64,000 nucleotides of DNA, from positions 1,116,001 through 1,180,000 of the forward strand of contig NC_133623.1 in assembly GCF_048593235.1 (NCBI RefSeq), in the 5' to 3' direction. The DNA comes from Sminthopsis crassicaudata (lineage: Eukaryota). The notes beneath the pieces were generated by a model. The model searched no databases. It was not told the DNA's origin and worked only from the letters and a program-made list of their open reading frames with translations. The translations under genes and the position numbers were made by a program. Shown here piece after piece: positions 42,033-61,570 of this stretch; the stretch's first letter is position 1, and every line of letters begins with the position of its first letter.

Positions 42033-42921
42033 GAAAGTTTCTACCCTGGGAAAATTCGGATCAGTGAGGGAGCAGTAAATAGTGAGGGATTTATTCGCAT
42101 TTATTCCCATTGCAGGCCAATGGGCTGCCTTATGGGCGCAGTCCGGGGGAGGGGGCCACACGGGAGGGTGTGGAGGCCTGCACCGTGGGGCTGGAGAGCT
42201 GAGAAAGGAAAACAGAGCCCCGTTTGCAGAAGCTTCGTCCGGGAACAAAGGTGGCCAGAAAGTGCTGGGGAAGGGGGGGGCGCTGTTCCAAACTGCTCAC
42301 TCCCAGGGGCTGACAAAAGCAGGCTTTCCCAGCCATGGGGGGCGCCCCTCCCCCGAGGCCTTCAAGTTGGGGCTGGCTGATCCGGGCTCCGAGGAGGCCC
42401 GAGACCTCTGGCCCCCGTCTACCCTGGACTCGTTCCCTGCCACTGGGAGGAGAGCAGCTCCCTGAGTCCGAGCATGACCCTCAAAGAAGGGCTGAGAGGG
42501 ATGGGGGGGGAGGGGATCCAAGGGGCACGCCATGGCCATTGTGAGCTCCCTTCCACAGCTGGGAAGGAAATCTCAGAAGGCCTCCGGGAGGAAGAGGAGC
42601 GGGGGAAGGAGTTGGAAGCCCCCCGAGGTGCCCCCGCCCAAGCCTACTCCGTCTCCGCTCCCCAAACAGCCAATGACCCTCGGAGCGCCGCTTGCCCTTG
42701 CCTCCCCAGCTCCCTTTCTCTAGTGCGCCTGCGCTCTGGGGGTGAGGCGAGGAGGGCGGGGCGACACGAGCAGCGGAAGGAGGAGGTGCGCCGATAAGAG
42801 CCGCTGAGGCTGTTCCAGCGATTGTAGCGCTCCGCCCCCCGTCCTGCCACTGCCACTGCTCCTGCTCCTCCCCCCGCTGCGGCTGCGGCTGCGGCGGCTG
42901 CTGGGCATCCAAAAGGCCGCC

Positions 42922-50571
<7,650 letters not shown>

Positions 50572-50697
50572 GCTCGGTGAGTGACGGGTGTCTCGGGCTC
50601 AGGGGTTCCGTACCCTGGAGGGTTCCAAACAGCTCTGTGCTCACACTCTGTCTCTGCCTTTGTCTGTCTCTCTGTCTCTGTCTCTGTCTCTTTCTAG

Positions 50698-51625
50698 GAC
50701 GGAAGCAGGGTGGGGAGTACACCAGCCCCCTCTGCCATCTCCTGCAGGAAGCCCTCCGGTGTGTGGCGAGTGCACGTGTGCCTGTGTGTGTGCATAGTGG
50801 GGACTATCAGAGCCTGCCTAGAAACCCCAAGTTCAATCCTACTCCCCTCCCCCACCCTGGGGGATGTTCTAGTTGTCTTTGATGTTTATATATAATATAT
50901 ATATATATATATTACATAGAAAGATATATTATTTATGTGTCTGGAGATCCCTCGCCCATTCTCCTGCCCCCGAGACGCCCCTTCCTAGTCTGGGGAATGG
51001 GAGCCAGACCACCAACCCGGACCCCTCCCCCCTCCCGGTGATGCTCAGTCCCCTTCCTCCTCCATCCCTCTCCTTTCCTGGGGGCGCAGGCTGAGGGGGC
51101 TGGGATGGAGCAAGGACCCCCATCTCCCTGGGGAGGGTTTGACAAGGAGCTGGACTCAGAACAAAGCCCCAGTCGTGAGCACGTAGTGGACCCTTAGTGA
51201 ACCTTGACCCGTTAGCTTTGAGAAAGGAGAAGCGGGGAGGGTGGGCTCAGTCGGGCCAGGGAGGCTCCTGGAAGGGCAGGAGGCGAGGGTCCGGAGCGGC
51301 CAACGGCCGCGGGCCCCAAGGGAGGGTGGGCCTGCGGCCCCGCCACGGTGGAGGAGGCCCTATCCACGGGGCAGCCCGCACTACCCAGAGCACTCCCCAG
51401 AGCCCTATTTGGCAGCCCGCCCTCCTCTCCCTGGCCCTCCCCCCCCTTTCTCTGCTGTTCTCCTGCATCTGTGATCCCTGGTGGTGCCCGTGCCGTGTGT
51501 CTATGTTGTCCAGCTTTGTGGCCCTGCCCCTCCTCCCTTGTTGCCCTCACCTTTCGGGGAAAAACCCACTCCTGATTCTCTCTTCCCGTCCCCTTGAAAT
51601 AAAATGTACCAAGCCCACCACAGTT
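50698..51625 (+). other. SYP: SYP non-coding terminal exon (3' UTR) with AATAAA at 51598-51603
   Basis: Acceptor after a (TCTG/TC)n tract, (TA)n/AU-rich block at 50884-50940, canonical poly(A) signal. Confidence 0.75.
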
Positions 51626-52839
51626 TGTCTCTTCTCTGGGAATCGAGGGAAGGGGGTGGGCGAAGAGGAAGGAACGCGGCTGGGGGCAATGGTTTGTCAA
51701 GCCACTTCTTAGAAAGTTCCTCCTTCCCCCTCGAGGTTCCTTTGAAGCCCCCCCCCCACAGTACCCCTCCTCCCGTTGGAAGGCCGCCCCACTCCCCCAG
51801 CTGCCTTCTCGGTGGGGGGGTTGCGCCCTGCCCACGTGTCAAGAAGGAGGAACCCTAACTGCGCATGCTCCAGAGCACACCCCGTCTCCTCACCTGTCCG
51901 GCCTGGCAGGAGGCGGTTGAGGAGGGCTGCTTGTTCCCACTCAGTCCCTGACTCATCTCCTTTTGTTCTTGCCTGAGAATATGAGGCTCGGGAGCTTCCC
52001 TGGGGAGAGGATGCTGGGAGGCCAGATCCTGGAATCAGCAGGGTGCCTAGGAAGTTAGAAACCCCGCCCCACCCCGCCCTCTGCACCCCTCCACTCGGGA
52101 GCCGAGGCTCCCAACCCCCAGCGTCGCCTGCGGCCAGGAGCAAGCCCAGCTCTAGTGCCCACATGGCTCCCCCGGTCCTTCCTCTGGGTGGGGCAGCTCC
52201 CTCCTCACCTCCAGGTGGGTCCCCAGATATTCCATGCATGGTCTGGCTTCTCGAAACAAGTCCAACTTGGTCTAGTGCTTGCTTTGTAGCTCTGACCCTC
52301 CTCCGACAAGTCTGACCTCTGGAGTCTGAAGGAGGCTGCAGTCAGGGCCACATCCCAGGGCACGGAGTCTTCATAAACTTGCATGGAAAAGCGGTGCGGC
52401 TTCCCTATCGCTGACTGCTGGCCCTGGCCACCCGAGCTCTGAGCGCTGGAGGGCCCAAGCAGAAAGACCAGGCCCCGCGCTGGGAGCTCCCGAAGCCGCC
52501 CAGTCAAGCCCCGTCACACCCCCCACAACGCCGAAAGCACTGTTCAGGCACAGCCGACTTGTCATTTGGGAACACAGCCGGGGGGCACCGGGAAGGCTGC
52601 TGGGCCAGGGTCACACAGCAGCTCTGTGCGTGGCTCGTGCTGCGTTTGAACCCAATTCTGCCCAACCCTGAGGTCCTTGAGCTTCTGGGCCGTCACACTC
52701 CCTCTCTCACATAGCATGTGTTGAAGGACCCAGATGTGGCTCTCCGCCTGCCAAGCGCGCATTTTAGGGTTAGGGTTGCGTGTGATGCGCGGCTCTGAAG
52801 GCGCCTACACTTCCTCCGCTCCCATGCTGTGCTGTCTGT

Positions 52840-53165
52840 GACTTTCTATACCATCCATCTTCACCATCTGTGCAATCCTCCATGCCAGGCTATCTGTGCC
52901 ATTATATACCAGGGTATCATAATACTTATCTATGCCATCCTATCCAGGCCACCCTCTGTGCCATCATCCATGCCATGATCTGTGCCAGGCTATTTGTGCC
53001 ATTATATGCCATGCTGTCACCCTTCTCTTCCATACCAGTGTATCTATGCCATTATATGCCAGAGTATCACCGTACTTATCCATGCCTTCCTCTCCGAGCC
53101 ACCTTCTGTGCCAGGCCATTTATGCCATCCTATGCCATCCATGCCATCCTCCACACCAGGCTCTC
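52840..53165. repeat. Degenerate (A/G)TGCCA(T) short-period repeat upstream of PRICKLE3
   Basis: 14 TGCCA cores counted between 52883 and 53146. Confidence 0.85.
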
Positions 53166-53169
53166 TGGC

Positions 53170-54130
53170 CCATGTTTTTGGCTCCGGGGACCACGTGCGG
53201 GGGCGGAAGGGGGGGGCGGGCCCCCGGGGAGTTGCCCTCCCGTAGAAAGTTGCCCGAGGGCGGGGGAGTGACCCAGAGGGGCAGCTGAGCTCGGCCGGCC
53301 CGGGGCCGAGCTGGAAGCGGGGTCTGGGGGGGGGGCCCGAACGGAGCCCGGAGAAGGGCCGTAATTGGGAACGGGCCCGGGCGTCCGGGGATCTCCCGGC
53401 CAGAGGCAGCGGAAGGCCCGGGAGAAGGGCATCCGCCTGCTTAGGCCGGCTTTCCGGGTCCCCGCACCGGCCGCCAGGGGGAGCCCCCGGCCGGGGCTCC
53501 GCCGCCAGGGACTCGGCATGGGGCTGGAAGAAGGGGGGGGGGGCGCAGTCAGCTGCTTGTCCCCTCCCCTCCTGGTTCCCGGGGCTGTGCCCCAGGGACA
53601 GGAGTTGGCATAGCCCCGAGTGGGGGGCCGAGGGGAAGAGGAGGGAGGAGGGAGGAGGGAGGAGGGAGGGGGGAGGGGAGACCGAGGAGGGAGGAGCGGG
53701 GGGAGGAGTCTTGGCGTCAGGGAGGGAGTTCGCTGACGCCCGCAGTGGCCATGTTCGCCCGAGGATCCCGCCGGCGCCGCTCCGGACGCGGGGTAAGGAG
53801 CCGAGGGCTGGTCAGGGGAACGAGCCGGCCCCGACTGGGGCGAGGCCCCAGGCTTCCGGGGCTCCAGCTCCCAGCGGGGTGGAGGCGGCCACCGGGGCCC
53901 GGGGCAGGCCGGGGCGCCCTGGGAGGGAGGGGAAAGGCGCGGTGGGGGCTCAGGTGGGAAGCAGAGAGGCCCCCGCGCCCCTTCTTTCCCCCTCCCACGA
54001 GGTGAAATCCAGGAAGAGGAGGGCCAGGTGGGGGGGGCGGGGCTGAGGGCTCCTCCCCGCCTGTCTGCCCCCAGCCTCCCGAGGCTCCGGACCCGGGCTC
54101 CGGGAGGCCGTGCAACAGCTGTGGGGACCA
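53170..54130 (+). promoter_or_regulatory. PRICKLE3 promoter CpG island
   Basis: Very CpG-rich, multiple GGGCGG boxes, GGA-rich tract at 53634-53705 before the ATG. Confidence 0.7.
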
Positions 54131-57100
54131 GTGTCCGGGCTTCCTGGTGCATGGCTGGAGGTGAGGGCCCCTCGGGGCTGACCCCAAAGCCCCCTGGAGG
54201 CTGACGAGGGGGAGGGGTGCCTGGTTTCCACACCTGTCACCCAGAGGGGAGGGAGGACTGCAGGGGTAGGGGGGGAGCAGCGAGGGCCAGACAGCTCCCC
54301 TTGGGGGTTCCAAAGCTCGGCCTCCCACAGGAAGATCTGTCAGCACTGCAAGTGCTCCCGGGAGGAGCACACCGGGCCCAGGGTCCCCGAGGACCTGGAG
54401 CAGCTCATGGGCCAGCTCACTTCTGACTTCCAGTGGCACTCCCTGTCAGATGCCCGCAGGGGCTGCGCCTCGGAGGAGTACGCCTGGGTGCCCCCGGGCC
54501 TCGGGCCTGAGCAGGTAACCTCCGGCCTTCTGCTGCCACTGGACTTTTCTTGGGCCTCCCACAGGGCCTCAAGTAACCCTGGGGGTGTGTTGGGGGGAGG
54601 AGGAGATGTGTCTGAAATGCTGGCATTCTGCTGTCCCTTAAGGCAGGCCCCGTGGCCTTGGCCCCCTGCCACCCCCTTGGGAGCCTCGCCGCCCCTGACT
54701 AATGGGGAACACGACAAGCTGTTAGGTCCAAGGCACTTCCAGTGTTCCCACCACTGGGCTAAGAGGTCACCAAACTCTGTCCACTGGGCATCCCGGCAAC
54801 TTCTCTAGGGTTTTTGGCTGGATCCAATGAGATCTGGCTCCAGGCACCAAGTAGGCACCTGATCAGTGCCCCTTCCCCCCTCTTCTCTCCACCCCATCCC
54901 GGCCATGGAGAGTAGGGTTCTCCCAGAGTTCTAGCCCTCCAGCCCAAGAGCAGAGACTTCTGGGGGAAGCGGACTGGGTCAGGCAGAGTCATTAAGTACC
55001 CACATGTTCCAAGCTGCAGAAACCTGAAATGTGGAGAGAGGCAGGGCCTAGCCCAGGCGCCAGTCCTGCCCGGAGTCAACACTTGCTCAGGTTTTCCGTG
55101 CTGGGAGCCATTTGCCCTAGAAGTCCCAGAGTGGCTTGGTTTAGAGTCGAGTTTGGGGAACGGTGGAACCAAGTGCGCTTGAGTTGGGGGGGCAGAGCCC
55201 CCCCAGTGACCCTGCGTCTGTGACGGCTTCTTCGCTCTTTAACCCTCAATTGTTCCCAGGTGGACCAGTTTTTCAGCTGCCTGCCGGAGGAAAAAGTTCC
55301 TTATGTGAACAGCCTTGGGGAAAGGTACCGGGTTCAACAGCTGCTTCGACAACTCCCCCCACATGACAGTGAGGTGAGATTCCCCCAGACTATGGGCAGC
55401 CTTCCAGAGCAGGCCTTCATTAGTGCCAGGGCAGAGAGCAGGCGGGGAAAGCCCCAGTGAGCTTCACGGGGATGACGTGGGGTAGGCAGGAGAAGCTGGG
55501 GACCAGCCGGAAGACTGGGGGGCGGGGGCCCGAGGGTGGGACCCTGGCTGGCGTCCAAGACAGTAGAGGGGGCGCGGGGGAGGGGGGACCACCTACCCTC
55601 CTGCTGGGTTCTGTGGAAGGCTGAGTAAAGGAGGGAACTGAGCCAGCAAGCAGTGGGAGAGTCAGATGGCTTTAGAAGCTTCCCCCCCCCCCCAATGCCC
55701 CTTCTCAGGCCCAGTACTGTGCCGCACTGGAGGAGGAGGAAGAGAAGGAACTGAAGCTCTTCAGCCAAAAACGGAGACGGGAAAACCTGGGCCGGGGGGC
55801 CGTCCGAGCATTCCCAGTGTCCATCACCGGGGCCATCTGCGAGCAGGTGAGGAAGTCCCACGTGCCCCCTTGCGCCCCCTCTTCTCAGTTTCCCTCTGGC
55901 TTCCAGGATCAGTCGGGAGCACCCGTTCCTTTTTTTTAAGCTCCATTCCACATCGATGCCCTCCCCCAAGTTGTAGTGCAGCCAAAACGGTCCTCGCTGC
56001 CTTCTCCTTCCTCCTCCACCCCCCTGTGCGGGCTGTCCCCTTGGGCCGAAATGCCCTCGCTCCCCAACCTCACTTCCTCAGAACCCGGCTCGGGTGCTGC
56101 GTCTTCCAGGAGACCCGGCTTGATCCGGGCCCGCCCATCCCCCCTCAGCTGCTGGGGCCTCCTCCTCCCAAATAGACTGGGGATTGACTTGGTGAACGTT
56201 GGATCTGTGGGTCGGGTCATTCTTTCCCCTAATAAAAGGCAGAGCCCTTGAGGGGTCTGGGGCCCAGGTCTCCTGCTCTTATTTGCTCCACCCTGCTCAC
56301 GCCCTTCCCTAGTGCGGGAAGCAGATCGGAGGAGGAGACCTGGCCGTGTTTGCCAGCCGAGCGGGCCACGGGACCTGCTGGCACCCCCAGTGCTTCCTCT
56401 GTGCAACTTGCGGCGAACTGCTGGTGGATCTCATCTACTTCTACCAGGCGGGAAAGATCTACTGCGGGCGCCACCACGCCGAGTGTCTTCGGCCCCGCTG
56501 CCAAGCTTGTGATGAAGTATCTGAGGGGACCGGGGAAGGGGCTGGCGGAGGGTGGGGCCCGCAGACCCAGGGCAGCAGGGAGAGCCTTGCTGGGGGCCCC
56601 CTGGCTCTTCCATCCACCCATTTCCCTGTCATCTCCTCCCCATCCTCTGGAACCTCAGATCATCTTCGCAGCCGAATGTACAGAGGCCGAAGGCCGGCAC
56701 TGGCACATCCGACACTTTTGCTGCTTTGACTGTGAGGGGCCTCTGGGGGGGCAGCGCTACGTGATGAGGGGGAGCCGACCCCACTGCGGGGCCTGCTATG
56801 AGGCCCGGCACACCCAGTACTGCGACAGCTGTGGAGAGCGCATTGGTGAGGAAGGTGCCCCCATGCAGCCCGAGGAAGCACAATGAAGGTTTGCTTCCAG
56901 GGTTTCCTGGGCCTCCGCTCACAGGCTGGGGAGGTTCCGGCCCATTGAGCCCAGAGCCTAGAGGCTGAGGAGGGGTGGCCAGAGGGCCTCCCTTCTGAGC
57001 TCAGCCTCAGGGGAAAAAGAACGGGAAGGGAGGAGCCATGGTCTCATCCCCTTTCTCTGTGCCAGCCACCAGCCTACGCTCTGTTTTCTCTCCTGGCCAG

Positions 57101-57933
57101 GGATGGAGCAGGGCCAGATGACTTACGGCGGGCAGCACTGGCACGCCTCTGAAAGCTGCTTCAGTTGCTGCCGTTGCAGGCGGCCCCTGCTGGGGGAGCC
57201 CTTCCTGCCCAGGCAAGGGCAGATCTTCTGCTCTCGGGCCTGCAGCCTCCCTGCTCCAGCAGAGGCGGCAGTGGCCGTGGCAAGAGCAGGGGCGGCCACT
57301 GCTGCCTACCCTCCGGCTCCCACAGCAACCGCGCTCCGGGCCCGCTCGAGGGCAGGCTCGCTGGCGGGCAGAGAGTGCAGCCACTTTTACCGGGCGGCCC
57401 CACAGCGCCACTCCATGCCCATTCTGGGCCCCCGCCGGGTGGACCCTCCTCCTCGTCAGCCCCCACGGCCGGACCCTCGGCCCACATCTCCCCCGGACCC
57501 GACGGCCATCTCGGGGGGCCCCGGGTTCTGCCGGCAAGGGGAACTCCGGGTTAGCTTCCGTGAATCCCCGGAAGCCCAAGCCTCCCAGGACAGGGAGCAG
57601 CTCGGGGACCTTCCTCCTCCCGCTCCGCCTCAATGCAGCCCTCTGGTCCAGCCCTGCCCAAGGAGGAGGCAGTGGCCTCAGAGACTGCCTCACCCGAACC
57701 ATGGTACCCATCAGGAGTGGGACTCGGTTTGGGCCTCCTCTTCTTCCCTCTCCTCCTCCTCCTCTGACTCAGAGGAAGATGGCTACTTCCTTGGGGAGCC
57801 CATTCCTTTGCCCCCGGCTCTACAGAGAGCCACTCTCGGCCCTCAGGAGAAGGAAGAGAAGTGGGGGCCTCTCAGGCAGGCTCGGAGCCCGGGCCGACAC
57901 CAAGACAGGGACAGGAACTGCATCGTGGCCTGA
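53751..57933 (+). CDS. PRICKLE3: Prickle planar cell polarity protein 3 (PET + 3 LIM domains, CAAX end CIVA), ~595 aa, 8 coding exons
   Basis: Exons 53751-53792 ([13 protein letters not shown]), 54075-54160, 54331-54514, 55260-55373, 55709-55846, 56313-56516, 56659-56845, 57101-57933 (RNCIVA*). Sum 1788 nt, in frame. Confidence 0.96.
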
Positions 57934-58145
57934 GGCCCGGCTGGTCTCAGGCATGCCCATACCAAAGAGACCTGGAGCAGAGCTCTCTGCCTCACTTTCC
58001 CCAGCTGTAAATGGGGGTTGCAGTAGATGCCGGCTGAAGCTCTCCACGTCCCTCTCCCCCACCCTGGGGTGCGCATTCTGGCCGCCCAGCCCACCAGCAC
58101 CTGTGGAGTGTTCTCCGTGCCATCCTTGGCAGGCTGGCTCTGCTC

Positions 58146-58151
58146 ATTAAA
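58146..58151 (+). terminator. PRICKLE3 poly(A) signal ATTAAA
   Basis: Variant hexamer 213 nt after the stop, followed by U-rich sequence. Confidence 0.6.
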
Positions 58152-58272
58152 AGGATTGTTTTCACATTTTTGAGGCTCCAGGAAGTGTTTCTGTTAAGCC
58201 ACACCCCCGTTCTCCCCCCATCTTGGTGCTTGCTGCCCCCCAATGAGGCTTACAGTCAACCGAAAAGCTGAT

Positions 58273-58289
58273 TTTATTACCCCTTTATT
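58273..58289 (-). terminator. PLP2 poly(A) signals (two AATAAA on the minus strand)
   Basis: TTTATT at 58273-58278 and 58284-58289, ~200 nt after the PLP2 stop. Confidence 0.7.
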
Positions 58290-58490
58290 CCTCCTCCTGC
58301 CCTCTGCTCCCCAGCTCTTGCCCGTTTCTCAGGAAGAAGTTGGGCCAGCCTGGCTGATGGCTAGAGCTGAAGCTCAGGGGAGCTGAGAAGGGGGGGTCAA
58401 GGGTGAGGAGATCCACAGGTGCTGGGTTTCTCCCCGGGGCCCCCTCTTCAGCCTCATTTGGTGGGAGAGCCCACGGTAGCCACATGGATG

Positions 58491-60301
58491 CTAGGAGGGG
58501 CCATCTGGAGACTCTGTGGGGGGAAGGATGGGAAAATGAAGAAGCGCTCATGGCCAGGCTGGCCCCCCTAGTCCTCCCCAGCCCCGGCACTCACCCGTGG
58601 CTGCGGGGGTGTGGCGGCTCCGCTGGGTCTGGAAGGTGCTGTAGGCGTCGTAGGCAAACAGGATGGTGGCCACCAGCCCCAGCACCTAAGGGCCGGGAGA
58701 GCAAGTGAGAAAGGAGCCTCGGGTGCCGGCCAGCCCCCGTCCCCCAGCGCCCAGGTGGAAAGATGGCGGGAATACCCTGTGAGCTTACCCCTCCAACCGT
58801 ACTCTGAGCATCCATGTTTTTGATGATGGTGATGAGCGAGGTGATGAAGAAGAGGACGGAGGCGATGAGAGCCCGGAAGAAGTCCTGCATGGGAGACGGG
58901 AGGGGGTGGCAGTGAGAGGGGCGCTGGGACACGGCCCGCCCGGTGGGAATTCGGCCCCCCAGCCCCCAGGAGCACTCACACTCCAGGGCCAGTTGATGAA
59001 CTGCAGCTGGTGATGGACGTTGAACATGAAGATGACAAAGAAGACGGCAGCCAGGACCATCTCCACCACAGGGACGCTGAGGTAGCCCATCACTCGCGAG
59101 GCCGAGTAACAGATGACGATCACCAAGCACAGCACCTGGCTCGGGAGGGGGGACAGGCTAGGGCTGGAACCTCCGACAGAGGGCGCCACTTGGGCCGGGT
59201 CCTCCCCCTCCCCCCTGGGGGAACCTGGGGCAGTTGCCATCTGGGCCAAGGGCCTCGGACTTCCGGCCCCCCCACTTGCCCCAGGCCCACAAACGGCCCC
59301 AGCCACGAGACAGGGAGACAGGGAGCTTCGGCCGCTGGCCTGTGGGGAGCCGGGACTGGAGTGGACTCGGCGGGGAAAGAGGGAAGGAACGAATGAATCA
59401 ACCGCTTCAGATTCACGGGGAGGGGGGAGGGGGGGGAGCCCCAGCTGGCTCGAGATGCCGCGGTTTGAGAAGGGGAGGGGAAGTTGAGGAAAGAGCGGCA
59501 GGCCCGCACCCCCACCTCCAGCCCCCTTGTCCCCAGCGGGCCACAAAAATGGAGGGTGGGAAGCTATCTCCCAGCAGGCATGGAGCGAGAGGAGCGAGGG
59601 AGGCCGGAGGGAGCACCCCGGGGGCGCTCGTGGGGAGTTGCCCAGGTAAACAAGCGGCACCCGAGGCCGGCTGGGGCGGGGGGGGGGGGGGGGGGGGAAG
59701 AGGAGAACCCAAGGGGAGAAAAACAGAGGAGGGAGGAAGGAGCCAGACCGCGGGCTTCTGAAGGGAGGGGACACACCCTTTTTTTTTTTTTTTTTTTTTT
59801 TTTTTGGCTTCCCGCCCCGCCCTACCCAGCCAGCCCCGCCAGGCTCACCTAGCCTTTCTGGCCTCCCCCCCCATCCTTTCCACTCCACGCGGGGGCGCGG
59901 GAAAAAGTTCTCTTGGTCCCTATCCGGCCTCAGTTTCCCCCTTTCTCCCCCCTCCATCCCCATTCTCTGGGCGGCGAGGGGCTGGGTCCCACGTTCAGGG
60001 AAAAGGTCCGATGGGAGCGGGGCCGTCCCACGTCCCGTCCACGGAGACCCCGAGACTGCTCCTTCCTCCTCCTCTCCACGTGCTCACACACGCCCTTCTT
60101 TCCTCGCCACTGGCCCCGGTCTCCGAGCCCCCCCTGCCCCCCCCCCCGGCCCCGCCAGGCCCCTGATCTTCCCTTCCCCCCTCCCCCGCCCCCAGGGGCG
60201 CTCACCGTCTCGACCAAGAGTAAAATCCCCTTGCGGGTTCGGGAGAACGCCGAGCAGGCGGCCGAACAGTCCGGGGCGGCGCTGCGCTCCGAGTCCGCCA
60301 T
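58491..60301 (-). CDS. PLP2: Proteolipid protein 2 (A4, MARVEL domain), ~153 aa
   Basis: Exons 60206-60301 (MADSERSAAPDCSAACSAFSRTRKGILL), 58980-59135 (INWPWS), 58789-58884 (DFFRALIA), 58595-58685, 58491-58513; phases consistent; position matches conserved synteny. Confidence 0.94.
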
Positions 60302-60720
60302 CCTGGGGCCACGGGGAGAGAGGTAGGCGCCGCTTCAGAGGCCCTCCTTCCTGGAGCTCCCTGCCTGGGAAGCGCCGGCCGCTGCCCCACTGCTCGAGCC
60401 GCACGGGCGATCCCCGACAGCCCCGGGTCCCCCGCCGCCAGGAGGAAGTAGGTGAGGCTGCTGTCCACCCCACCCCTGCCCCGCTCCGGCGTGAATCACC
60501 ACCTCTGGGCGAGAGGGAGGGAGGGCGTGGTGAGGGCGGGGCCGCCGCTCCTGTCTCCCTATATGGAGGGGACTCGGAACGGGCGGGGAGGCCCTCCTGG
60601 CCCCGGGGAGGGGAAACCACGCTCCCTCCCGAGGTGGGCGGCCTGAGGGATGGGGACAGCTGCGGCCGGCTGCCCGGGCCGTGGGAGGCAGTGCGGATTC
60701 TCGGGGCCTGAACTTAGGGA
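59900..60720 (-). promoter_or_regulatory. PLP2 promoter/exon 1 CpG island
   Basis: CpG-dense region spanning PLP2 exon 1, GC boxes upstream. Confidence 0.65.
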
Positions 60721-60817
60721 AGTTTACTTTGCCGGGTCTACAGAAAAATCCACCTAGCTGCAGCACACCTTCCCCCTCCCCCGGGAGACACAGGGTGAAG
60801 TTGCAACCAGCTACCAA

Positions 60818-61570
60818 TGGGAGAAAAAAAGCACCTACTAATAAGAAAAGACTAAAGGGAGAAGACCCATGGGACAAAAAATAGCACCTACTAATAGGAA
60901 AAGACGAATGGGAAAAGATTCATGGGGAAAAAAAGCACCTACTAATAAGAAAAGACTCCTGGGGGAAAAAAAGCACCTACTAATAGGAAAAGACGAATGG
61001 GAAAAGATTCATGGGGAAAAAAAGCACCTACTAATAAGAAAAGACTCCTGGGGAAAAAAAGCACCTACTAATAGGAAAAGACGAATGGGAAAAGATTCAT
61101 GGGAGAAAAAAGCACCTACTAATAAGAAAAGACTCCTGGGAGAAGACTCCTGGGGAAAAAAAGCACCTACTAATAGGAAAAGACGAATGGGAAAAGATTC
61201 ATGGGGAAAAAAGCACCTACTAATAAGAAAAGACTCCTGGGGGAAAAAAAGCACCTACTAATAGGAAAAGACGAATGGGAAAAGATTCATGGGGGAAAAA
61301 AGCACCTACTAATAAGAAAAGACTCCTGGGGAAAAAAAGCACCTACTAATAGAAAAGACGAATGGGAAAAGATTCATGGGAGAAAAAAGCACCTACTAAT
61401 AAGAAAAGACTCCTGGGAGAAGACTCCTGGGGGAAAAAAAGCACCTATTAATAGGAAAAGACGAATGGGAAAAGATTCATGGGGGAAAAAAGCACCTACT
61501 AATAAGAAAAGACTCCTGGGGGAAAAAAGCACATACTAATAGGAAAAGACAAATGGGAGAAAAAAGTACC
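60818..61570. repeat. A-rich higher-order minisatellite upstream of PLP2 (alternating ~37 and ~50 bp monomers)
   Basis: 16 copies of core AAAAAGCACCTACTAATA(A/G)GAAAAGAC starting at 60831, 60884, 60935, 60973, 61024, 61061, 61112, 61163, 61213, 61251, 61302, 61339, 61389, 61441, 61492, 61529. Confidence 0.95.

Noticed and set aside
60818-61570. CRISPR-like look of the repeat (constant core with intervening segments) and its Lys-rich ORFs
   Set aside because: Intervening segments are two recurring types, not unique spacers; mammalian context, no cas genes; ORFs are repeat read-through.
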